From positions 2,070 through 66,069 of IMG/VR virus record IMGVR_UViG_3300032225_000827: a DNA stretch of 64,000 bases, one strand, 5' to 3'. Below, piece after piece: positions 50,461 through 58,114 of the stretch. A program made the translations under genes and the position numbers. How positions within the stretch are numbered: position 1 is the stretch's first letter; every line of letters starts with the position of its first letter. The notes beneath the pieces are model-generated. The model was not told where the DNA came from. It ran no database searches and worked only from the letters and a program-made list of their open reading frames with translations. Origin of the DNA: a virus (Duplodnaviria; Caudoviricetes).

Positions 50461-51249
50461 ATGGCACAAAAAGATCCAGCGTTCCTGTTTTATTCACAGG
50501 ACTTCTATGTAGGGACTGCTTTCCTTACACACGAACAAACAGGTAAGTACATCAGACTTATCTGCGCTCAACATCAACACGGAAGATTATCAGAGGCTAT
50601 GGTCCTGCAAATTTGCGGAGATCTAGATTTAGCTGTGTTAAGTAAATTCGAGCGTGATGAAAATAGTATGTACTACAACATCAGACTTGAAACTGAGATT
50701 CAAAAAAGAAAGAAATTCTCTGAATCAAGAAGAAACAACATCAAGAAAAGATGGGATACTAGTGAAAAACAAGTGAACTACACTAGTAATACACTAGAAG
50801 ATACAAGTGTAATACATATGGAAAATGAAAATATATATATAGAATCTAGTATAGAATCTAGTAATAACTATACAGGAAAAGAAAAAGAAAAGGGTACTAC
50901 GTACCCCAAAAGAAAAACAAAAGATTTTATCGCCCCAACAGTTCAAGAAGTTATCGATTACGTGGTCGAAAAAGGTTACACCGAAAGACTCGCTCGTGAG
51001 ATTTTTGATTACTACACAGTTGCCGACTGGAAAGACGCAAAAGGCGACCAAGTTCTAAATTGGAAGCAGAAAATACTCGGAGTATGGCTCAAAAACGCAC
51101 AGAAACGCCCCAATTTTGACACTTCTCCCGAAAATGATACCAAGATACCAGGCTATGTAAAAGAGTTCCATAATAACCCTCTAATGAAGCGAGAGGTAAT
51201 TAACGGAGTTTGGGAGTATAAATCAACACCAATTGGATTTAAATCTTAA
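50461..51249 (+). CDS. replication initiator-like protein (YdaU/DUF1376-like N-terminus)
   Basis: DPAFLFYSQDF...EQTGKYIRL N-terminus, repeat-rich linker and FIAPTVQEV...FDYY...W...NWKQ C-terminus. Upstream of the primase-helicase. Confidence 0.7.
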   Translation: MAQKDPAFLFYSQDFYVGTAFLTHEQTGKYIRLICAQHQHGRLSEAMVLQICGDLDLAVLSKFERDENSMYYNIRLETEIQKRKKFSESRRNNIKKRWDTSEKQVNYTSNTLEDTSVIHMENENIYIESSIESSNNYTGKEKEKGTTYPKRKTKDFIAPTVQEVIDYVVEKGYTERLAREIFDYYTVADWKDAKGDQVLNWKQKILGVWLKNAQKRPNFDTSPENDTKIPGYVKEFHNNPLMKREVINGVWEYKSTPIGFKS

Positions 51250-51481
51250 TCACATGGAAAATTTAGAAGCGAAACAACAAGCTATTGATTTAGTAACGTC
51301 ATTCGATAGTATGGTTAGGGATCATACAAAGGGGGTTTCGATCAAGGCTTTGTCGAAAGATTTAGCAATAATGACAGTTGATAAAATAATTGACGAGGTT
51401 ATTTACAGCGCAGATAATGAAAGCAAGGCTGCTCGTCTAATATACTTTCAACAAGTAAAAACTCAAATAAACAGATTATGA
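51233..51481 (+). CDS. hypothetical protein (paralog of the next gene)
   Basis: AIMTVDKII...YFQQVKTQINRL. Confidence 0.6.
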   Translation: MDLNLNHMENLEAKQQAIDLVTSFDSMVRDHTKGVSIKALSKDLAIMTVDKIIDEVIYSADNESKAARLIYFQQVKTQINRL

Positions 51482-51690
51482 CACCAAAAGAAAAAGCAGA
51501 AGAGTTGATTCAAAAAATGGTTGATACTTACGATATTACTTCAGATTTTGTTTATGATTCATCAGCTAAACTATGCGCTTGGATAGCAGTGGATGAGATA
51601 CTAAACACAATAGAGTATTCGTCACAAGCTGATGAGCTTAGTAAAATTTCATATTGGCAGGAAGTAAAAAACGAAATAAACAAGTTATGA
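51478..51690 (+). CDS. small conserved phage protein
   Basis: MTPKEKAEEL...AWIAVDEIL...YWQEVKNEINKL. Confidence 0.65.
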   Translation: MTPKEKAEELIQKMVDTYDITSDFVYDSSAKLCAWIAVDEILNTIEYSSQADELSKISYWQEVKNEINKL

Positions 51691-53441
51691 CCGAAAGAAT
51701 AGTAAACCTACAAACGAGAAGAGAGTTCATCATCGACGTCAAGAACATCAACGGAGAAAATGCTATGCCATGTCCCGAATGTTCAGGGGATCGTAAAAAG
51801 AAGTCAGCTAAGTCATTCAGCTGGGATGGACAGAAAGGAATCGGGAACTGCCTACACTGCGGATCAAGGTTCGGTAAAAAACTAGATGGGGCATACAAGC
51901 CATCAGAAAACCAAAAGCCGATATACTCTCGCCCCGAGTGGAGAAACATCACAGACCTTGAAGACGATGTGCTAAAGTTCTTCACTGACCGAGGAATATC
52001 CCAGCGTGTAGTGAACCAAGCCAAGATTTCACAAGGGCGCACATTCTTCCCCCAAATTGAGAAGGAGGCCAAGTGCATTGAGTTCAACTACTTCCGTGAC
52101 ACGGAACTAATCAACGTGAAGTACCGTGGACCTAAGAAGTCCTTCAAACTCTATAAGGATGCCGAGCTGATATTCTATAACCTAGACAGCATGAAGGGTA
52201 TGGACTACGTTATCATCACCGAGGGAGAGATGGATGCGCTGTCCTACATGGAGGTTGGGTTCGACTCAGTTATATCCGTACCAAACGGAGCCACTAAGTC
52301 CGTAAGCCAAAAGCTTCTATACCTTGACAACTGCATAGACCTATTCGATGACATCCAAACCATCTATATCGCAACCGATGATGATGAGCCTGGGCGTGTG
52401 CTTCAGGAAGAGCTTGCTCGTAGGTTAGGTAAATACAGATGCAAAAAAGTAAGTTATTTTAGTCATAAAGACGCAAATGAGCTGTTAATGTATAATAAAC
52501 TATACTTAACGGACACGATTACAAAGTCTGAAGAGTACCCAATAGAAGGGGTAATTACTGTCGATAACTTATCCGATGACATCTGGAGACTGAAGCGTGA
52601 AGGGTTAAAGCCTGCTTGCGACATATCCATCCCATCATTCAACAGGCTACTCACATTTGAGCCAGGCTACCTAACCGTAGTGACCGGTATCCCCAACCAC
52701 GGAAAGTCAGAGTTCCTCGACCAAATCATGGTGGACCTTTCTACCAAGCACGGATGGAGGTTCGGAATATTCTCACCCGAGAACTACCCACTTCAACTCC
52801 ACTTCTCCAAGATCGCTAGCAAACTAATAGGTGCTAGGTTCAACGATATGCCCGACTTTAACATTGTGCAATCCATGGAGTACTATCGAGACAACTTCTT
52901 CTACATCGTCCCCAAGGAAGACAACAGCGTAGATAGTATCCTAGCCCACGCAGAGCAACTCGTCAAGAGATACGGAATCAACGGACTAATCATTGACGCT
53001 TGGAATAAGCTCGACCATGACTACTCCTCAAACGAGACAACCTACATCGGGAAGCAACTAGACCAAATAATAAATTTTGCTCATAAGTTCGGAGTACATA
53101 TCTTTGTGGTCGCTCACCCTACAAAAATGCAAAGAGAGAAAGGCACAGGACCATACCTAGTCCCCACGCTATATGACATGGCTGGCTCTGCTCACTTCTT
53201 CAACAAGTCGCATAACGGTATCTCAGTCTACCGACATTTCTTCGAGGATGGAACCTCATCCCCTGAAGTATTCGTCCAAAAGGTTAAATTCAAACATTGG
53301 GGTATGCAAGGGAGCGTCCCACTACAATATGACCTTGACTCAGGAAGGTTCTACCAACCTGGATTCCTACAACAAGGTAGCGTTATAGGGAACAAGCCAA
53401 TAGAGCAATTAGAAATTAATAACGAAGAAGCCCCATTCTAA
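51687..53441 (+). CDS. bifunctional primase-helicase (T7 gp4/Twinkle-like)
   Basis: Zn finger CPEC...CLHC, TOPRIM IITEGEMDALS and ATDDDEPG, Walker A TGIPNHGKS, Walker B IIDAWN. ATG 51687 overlaps the upstream TGA. Confidence 0.9.
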   Translation: MTERIVNLQTRREFIIDVKNINGENAMPCPECSGDRKKKSAKSFSWDGQKGIGNCLHCGSRFGKKLDGAYKPSENQKPIYSRPEWRNITDLEDDVLKFFTDRGISQRVVNQAKISQGRTFFPQIEKEAKCIEFNYFRDTELINVKYRGPKKSFKLYKDAELIFYNLDSMKGMDYVIITEGEMDALSYMEVGFDSVISVPNGATKSVSQKLLYLDNCIDLFDDIQTIYIATDDDEPGRVLQEELARRLGKYRCKKVSYFSHKDANELLMYNKLYLTDTITKSEEYPIEGVITVDNLSDDIWRLKREGLKPACDISIPSFNRLLTFEPGYLTVVTGIPNHGKSEFLDQIMVDLSTKHGWRFGIFSPENYPLQLHFSKIASKLIGARFNDMPDFNIVQSMEYYRDNFFYIVPKEDNSVDSILAHAEQLVKRYGINGLIIDAWNKLDHDYSSNETTYIGKQLDQIINFAHKFGVHIFVVAHPTKMQREKGTGPYLVPTLYDMAGSAHFFNKSHNGISVYRHFFEDGTSSPEVFVQKVKFKHWGMQGSVPLQYDLDSGRFYQPGFLQQGSVIGNKPIEQLEINNEEAPF

Positions 53442-53959
53442 TGAAATACACTAGAATAGAAAAACTCCTTGTACACGTTAAGCCCTATGAAAAGGCAGCC
53501 TTCGTGTCAACCCTAATCGAAACTCTCGGAATGGAACATAAGCTATCCGAGGAACTATTCGACTACATGAGCAAGTATCCATCCATAACCCGATGGAGAG
53601 AGAACCCACAAGAGTTCATGACCAAGGTATTCAACGCCTGCTGCCAAGAGTACGGAGTAACTCAAAAGGACGTAATGAAAGGTAAGCGTACATCTAACCA
53701 CGTTGAATCCAAAAGAGTATGGATGTTTATTTGCGAAGGGGTTATGTCTAGCGACTTTGAACTCATAGCCTCATTTATCAAGATGGATAAGTCCTCCATC
53801 AAGTACCATATAGCCAAGACCAGAAGCTTCATCGAAACCAACAAGAAGTACTTCGATAAGGTTAAGTCAATAGTAGAAGCATTAAACCAAGAAGGGCTAC
53901 ACGAGATACCAGAGTTCTTCATAAAGGAAATGAACTACATTAAAAACAAAAGGAGGTAG
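53441..53959 (+). CDS. protein with a DnaA C-terminal-like HTH
   Basis: CCQEYGVTQKDVMKGKRTSNHVESKRVWM...IASFIKMDKSSIKY resembles DnaA domain IV. Confidence 0.6.
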   Translation: MKYTRIEKLLVHVKPYEKAAFVSTLIETLGMEHKLSEELFDYMSKYPSITRWRENPQEFMTKVFNACCQEYGVTQKDVMKGKRTSNHVESKRVWMFICEGVMSSDFELIASFIKMDKSSIKYHIAKTRSFIETNKKYFDKVKSIVEALNQEGLHEIPEFFIKEMNYIKNKRR

Positions 53960-53998
53960 CGAACCAAAGGTTCTTAGTAAACCTACCCAGCAAATTAG

Positions 53999-54025
53999 GA
54001 GGGTTATTTTAAGCCCTCTTTTTTT
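53999..54025 (+). terminator. intrinsic terminator
   Basis: GAGGGTT...GCCCTC hairpin followed by a T run. Confidence 0.75.
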
Positions 54026-54290
54026 GCGCCTATAATTCCTGTCTTGCACCCATAATTCTCGTAGAATCAACTTTTATCGTTCAAGCTATACCAATATATC
54101 GGTCAGGCTATTTAAAGGGGTGAAATTGGAAAAGAGGGGAACATAGTATGGAGGGGGTTTACTATACACATGATACCATGGGGTGCTGTCCGGAACCGAA
54201 TTTTGCGGAAGGGGTGGGTCAAGATTCCGATTCCATTCCGATAGAAATGTTAAAAGATACTGAAAGCGCCTGATTGGTTTGCGTCATAAA

Positions 54291-54687
54291 GTTGCATTAT
54301 ATTACAACCTAACAAATCGCAAGGAGTTGTATCATAGTGCAACATATCATCACTCCAATGTTGTATTAAATTGCAACGGATTGTCCCTATAAAGTTGTCA
54401 TATAATACAAGTGTAATAGATATGTAATACATATGTATGTTGTATTAAAGTACAATGATTAGGTTGTGTTAAAGTACAATAACACATTGCATTTGTTGTA
54501 ATAAAGTACAACCTATTCCGCATCAGGTTTCTGACAGCTGTGGGATAAAAAGGTGCGTGACAGGACGCAACATTGTTAAAATATGTTAAAATTGTAAAAG
54601 CTATTGATTTTCACCTATACGCGCGTGCATGGGATTCCTTTACCACAAAAAGCGATTGCATTTACGCAGGTTGTTATATAGTACAAC
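54291..54687. repeat. seven 18-bp imperfect palindromes (GTTGY-n-RCAAY)
   Basis: Copies at 54291, 54326, 54360, 54439, 54463, 54495 and 54670. Confidence 0.8.
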
Positions 54688-54820
54688 AAAGGGGTAAGCC
54701 CAATCAGGTTATTTTCACCCTATAAAGCTAAAAATGATCGATTCCCCTAAAAATATTTGCAATTTTATTTTACTGATATTCAATTAGTTAGGATCATTTT
54801 AACATCTGTTAACAATTTTA

Positions 54821-54854
54821 TTTGTCGATAATCAAAAAAGTGGTTGTAGGTTTG
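54821..54854 (+). promoter_or_regulatory. early promoter (TTTG ... TAGGTTTG)
   Basis: TTTG at 54821-24 and TAGGTTTG at 54847-54. It is the TAnnTTTG box I found closest upstream of the early gene run. Confidence 0.55.
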
Positions 54855-55274
54855 CCCTCGTCAACGGACAACGAAAGTGGAGTTAAGGTTTAAGTTACCC
54901 ACGCTAGATACAAGAAGTAGTGAATACTTTAGTTCCTCGCAAAAACAGCCTACCGATTTATTGCTCCTGAGTATCGGTATAAAAATCAAACAGGATAAGA
55001 CAAAGCGTAAGCAATGTACGAGAGTCAGCTCGCAGATGTGGTAAAAATGCCACGGGTGGTTAACTAGGATAAGTTAGATTCCTACACCTAAACTGACCTG
55101 AGCCTGCCAAATAGGTAGGGAGATAATAGGACGAGTCTTGGGACTATATGCGGTAATGTGTTTATACACTAGCAGATGAGTACAGCGTCCTGAAATTAAG
55201 TGAAAGATAGTTTTACTTACAACAAAACAAAGTAGCTGACCTAGAGTTATGTCTAGGCGTTAAACAATAAAGCA

Positions 55275-55328
55275 GGTTAACTGATGAGAGTTAGTTACTC
55301 GAAACGCTAGAACGCTAGCGTATTAACC
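55275..55328 (+). ncRNA. type I hammerhead ribozyme HH1
   Basis: GGTTAA-CTGATGA-GAGT(tagtt)ACTC-GAAA-CGCTAG(aacg)CTAGCG-TA-TTAACC. Predicted cut after A55322 (GUA). Confidence 0.95.
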
Positions 55329-55346
55329 AATTAAAACAAAAATAAA

Positions 55347-55556
55347 ATGAAAGCAATCATAAACACACACATTTTAGACACAAGGTTTAACACAACTTAT
55401 ATAATCACATCTGTAACTGACAAGAGGGTCAATTTAGATGAGATTGGATGTAAATACACTACTTCAACAGGTAGAAGTTCATCTAAGTTTTATGTAGGTC
55501 ATAGCAGTTTTGAAAACAATATTGAGTCAGGAGTGTGGCGAGTAGTAAAAGGTTAA
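55347..55556 (+). CDS. hypothetical early protein
   Basis: 69 aa, bounded by HH1 and HH2; its stop codon lies in stem I of HH2. Confidence 0.7.
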   Translation: MKAIINTHILDTRFNTTYIITSVTDKRVNLDEIGCKYTTSTGRSSSKFYVGHSSFENNIESGVWRVVKG

Positions 55557-55606
55557 CTGACGAGGTCTGAATGACCGAAACAAGGGCGCAAGTCCTTGTC
55601 TTAACC
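55551..55606 (+). ncRNA. type I hammerhead ribozyme HH2
   Basis: GGTTAA-CTGACGA-GGTC(tgaat)GACC-GAAA-CAAGGGC(gcaa)GTCCTTG-TC-TTAACC. Predicted cut after C55600 (GUC). Confidence 0.95.
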
Positions 55607-55622
55607 ATTAAAAAAAACAATT

Positions 55623-55802
55623 ATGAAACAAGGTATCACAATTTTATTGATTGCATCAGCATTTTTCTTTGTCCTAGGTATTGGAATCTTAGTAACGCAT
55701 GACAGCAAGCAAGACATCAACTTTGCAACATTTGTACTCATCATGGACCTGCTGTTCCTAGGGTCGGCAATGTACTTACAAATCTCGGAGGATAGAAAAT
55801 GA
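55623..55802 (+). CDS. small 2-TM membrane protein (59 aa)
   Basis: Read from the sequence: MKQGITILLIASAFFFVLGIGILVTHDSKQDINFATFVLIMDLLFLGSAMYLQISEDRK. First ORF after HH2. Confidence 0.7.
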   Translation: MKQGITILLIASAFFFVLGIGILVTHDSKQDINFATFVLIMDLLFLGSAMYLQISEDRK

Positions 55803-55957
55803 AGTCACTAATTGTATTTAATAGCAACAAGTCTTGGGCTAGCAAATTTCAGGTTGTCAAGACCTTTGCAAATGAACAGCACGAAGACAACTACATAGCA
55901 ATGATGAAACGTAAAGGGTTCACCTTGGATGAGGTATATAATTTAGAAACCAAATAA
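55799..55957 (+). CDS. small hypothetical protein (52 aa)
   Basis: MKSLIVFNSNKSWASKFQ...; ATGA overlap with the upstream gene. Confidence 0.6.
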   Translation: MKSLIVFNSNKSWASKFQVVKTFANEQHEDNYIAMMKRKGFTLDEVYNLETK

Positions 55958-55968
55958 AAACAAGTAAT

Positions 55969-56337
55969 ATGAAAACAAATCACGCAACATTGAACATCGG
56001 GTTGAACAACAATCCGTTCACAGCAAAACAAATCAGGAATCATTTTTATGACTTCTTCTCTAGTCACATCGTGGAAATGAGGGAGGCTCTTGGTGAGTAT
56101 GAAGGTCACGATGAACCAACCTTGGTAGTCAAGGTGAGTAAATTCTCGGGAGATGACCATGCATGGATGACTATAGTGCGAACAATGAATGTATTGTATG
56201 GTCAAGATTGCATCGCTCTCAGGTTGGTTGAAATTGATACTAACGGCTTCCAAAGTGTTACTGAAGGATTGGTATACAATAGTGACTTTGAAGGTGAGAA
56301 GTACAGCTTTGACTCAAAGTACTTCATTGAAATGTAA
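55969..56337 (+). CDS. hypothetical early protein
   Basis: 122 aa with an A-rich leader. Its stop is immediately followed by HH3. Confidence 0.7.
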   Translation: MKTNHATLNIGLNNNPFTAKQIRNHFYDFFSSHIVEMREALGEYEGHDEPTLVVKVSKFSGDDHAWMTIVRTMNVLYGQDCIALRLVEIDTNGFQSVTEGLVYNSDFEGEKYSFDSKYFIEM

Positions 56338-56403
56338 GGTTAACTGATGAGACTTCAATAGTCGAAATCTAGGGAGGTATAATAGTCTCCCTAGGTCTTA
56401 ACC
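56338..56403 (+). ncRNA. type I hammerhead ribozyme HH3
   Basis: GGTTAA-CTGATGA-GACT(tcaat)AGTC-GAAA-TCTAGGGAG...CTCCCTAGG-TC-TTAACC. Predicted cut after C56397 (GUC). Confidence 0.95.
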
Positions 56404-56420
56404 AATAAAAAAACAATGTC

Positions 56421-56696
56421 ATGAAAAAAAGAGAGTTAATGGATGAAATCAACAACTTCATCGAGTATTACACGTCAAATGATGCTGAGAGACAACAGAT
56501 GAGTGATGCACTGCTTGACTATATGCTAGACGTACACCAAGAGCCAATCAAAGAAGTGTACTTCAGGCATAATAGAGAGGAAGGTGTTTATGTTGTAAAG
56601 CGAAATGACTTCCCAACATTCAAGATTTATGCGAGTGAGAAGGAGTCTTACATAGAGTCATTCAGTAAGTTAGGGTACACAATTCACGTAGGTTAA
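56421..56696 (+). CDS. hypothetical early protein
   Basis: 91 aa, first ORF after HH3. Confidence 0.65.
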   Translation: MKKRELMDEINNFIEYYTSNDAERQQMSDALLDYMLDVHQEPIKEVYFRHNREEGVYVVKRNDFPTFKIYASEKESYIESFSKLGYTIHVG

Positions 56697-56717
56697 ACAA
56701 GTAAAACAATAAACACA

Positions 56718-56918
56718 ATGAATATCAATTCAATCGTTGCATACGAGTCAGGGGAGCTGAACGATGCAGAAACATTACAACTATTCGCTGACCTCATCAA
56801 ATCGGGTGAGGTTTGGTGGATGCAGGGTCACTACGGCAGGACAGCTGCGGCATTGCTAGATGGTGGGTACATCACAGCGGATGGAGAGGTAACAAATAAG
56901 TTTAACGAAATAAACTAA
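56718..56918 (+). CDS. small conserved phage protein (DUF7417-like)
   Basis: AYESGEL...LFADLIKSG..W..QGHYGRTAAALLDGGYI pattern. Confidence 0.6.
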   Translation: MNINSIVAYESGELNDAETLQLFADLIKSGEVWWMQGHYGRTAAALLDGGYITADGEVTNKFNEIN

Positions 56919-56923
56919 TCAAG

Positions 56924-57181
56924 ATGAAAAAAGTAGGTCACAACATGTTCGTGGATGGAAATAAGTTCTATTCATTTGTAACGCACGTAGCAACCATTGA
57001 GGGTAGCAAGTTAATTGAGTTGGGTAAGTACTCAGCGACAACGTCCAAGCACGTTAGAAAGTTCGCCACAATGAAGGGATTGGAGGTAGTCCCTGCCAAA
57101 AATAAGGTGGAAGATTTTGATATGCTATGGTCGGGGGTTAGACTGAAAGCTGACCATTTAACACACGTTAACAGACGTTAA
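56924..57181 (+). CDS. hypothetical early protein
   Basis: FYSFVTHVATI...GKYSATTSKHV motif, seen in small phage early proteins. Confidence 0.6.
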   Translation: MKKVGHNMFVDGNKFYSFVTHVATIEGSKLIELGKYSATTSKHVRKFATMKGLEVVPAKNKVEDFDMLWSGVRLKADHLTHVNRR

Positions 57182-57216
57182 CATTTACCAAAGAAACAAT
57201 AAACTAATATTGCGAT

Positions 57217-57513
57217 ATGAAACACACAAATGAACTACAAAAATGGGCTAGGGTTGATACCAAGACCGGTAAAGGGATGAACGAGGGATATTGCGTAAAT
57301 GATGGAGACGCATACTTCGAGAATGAATCAGACTTGATTGAGTACCTACGCAATCAGAGTGATGATAAGGGTGAGGGCTTGTCGGATGAATTTATCCTGA
57401 ATGAATCTTTCGATGCTGACGAGTATTACTACACGGAGTGGGACGTGGAAGATGAAATGTATTACTACATTGAACAGCCTGATGGTACATTGCAGGAGGT
57501 TTGGAGAGATTAA
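57217..57513 (+). CDS. acidic hypothetical protein
   Basis: 98 aa; its stop TAA forms part of HH4 stem I. Confidence 0.65.
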   Translation: MKHTNELQKWARVDTKTGKGMNEGYCVNDGDAYFENESDLIEYLRNQSDDKGEGLSDEFILNESFDADEYYYTEWDVEDEMYYYIEQPDGTLQEVWRD

Positions 57514-57584
57514 CTGACGAGTCCTGATTGGACGAAAGGTCTTAAATGTGGGTATCCATAGCCTGATAAGGTGACCTCTTAATC
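57508..57584 (+). ncRNA. type I hammerhead ribozyme HH4
   Basis: GATTAA-CTGACGA-GTCC(tgatt)GGAC-GAAA-GGTC(extended insert)GACC-TC-TTAATC. Predicted cut after C57578 (CUC). Confidence 0.92.
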
Positions 57585-57599
57585 AATAAACAAAACACG

Positions 57600-57872
57600 A
57601 TGAAAGAAGTAATCAAAGCAACCAAGGGAAAGTATTTCTCGGTGGTATTTACAAAGAAGGATGGGTCGGCTCGCAAGATGACGGCTCGTATTGGAGTCCG
57701 TAAAGGAGTGAACGGAAAGGGCATGAACTACAACCCCGATGATAAAGGATTGGTGGTGGTATGGGACTTGCAAAAGCAGGACTATAGGATGGTCAATATT
57801 TCTACTATCATCTCCTTCAAGTGCGGTAAAAAAGTTATCAACAACAGCACCAATCAGGTTGAGTTAGCATAA
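57600..57872 (+). CDS. SH3-fold WYL-like protein
   Basis: FSVVFTKKDGSARKM...VVVWDLQKQDYRMVNISTI matches the WYL_2-type pattern. First ORF after HH4. Confidence 0.65.
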   Translation: MKEVIKATKGKYFSVVFTKKDGSARKMTARIGVRKGVNGKGMNYNPDDKGLVVVWDLQKQDYRMVNISTIISFKCGKKVINNSTNQVELA

Positions 57873-57901
57873 ATTTGTCAAACCAATAAACAATAAACAA
57901 T

Positions 57902-58114
57902 ATGTATTTATTACACAAAAAGGACGGCTCACATACCATAGTTGTGAAGCGAGAGACCCTAGAGTCTGCGGTGACATCGCTCAAAGCTTTTGCAGAGACC
58001 CACAATCTTGAAATGGAGATTGATGGGGACGAGATTAAAGCTACTGACGGCACACGATTCCCTGAGATAATGGGTTGGATAGAGTTGGAACCCTATAAAC
58101 AAGTTGAACTATGA
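57902..58114 (+). CDS. hypothetical protein
   Basis: 70 aa with an A-rich leader. Confidence 0.55.
   Translation: MYLLHKKDGSHTIVVKRETLESAVTSLKAFAETHNLEMEIDGDEIKATDGTRFPEIMGWIELEPYKQVEL

Noticed and set aside
54291-54687. Mini-CRISPR, or E. coli Ter-like sites (GTATGTTGTA..AAAGT resemblance)
   Set aside because: Repeats are 18 bp, degenerate and irregularly spaced, without spacer-length gaps. Tus/Ter is an enterobacterial system, and the palindromic form fits a different binder.
55120-55200. Group I intron, twister or a fifth hammerhead (CAGATGAG...TGAAA; ATATAGTCC on the - strand)
   Set aside because: Core spacing and stems do not fit any of these models, and no interrupted gene flanks the region. 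Kept only as part of the leader-RNA candidate.
55275-57584. CRISPR array or simple direct repeats from the recurring GGTTAACTGA...GAAA...TTAACC motif
   Set aside because: Units are 270-1170 nt apart, separated by genes, and their internal sequences vary with compensatory pairing. They fit hammerhead structure, and no cas genes are seen.
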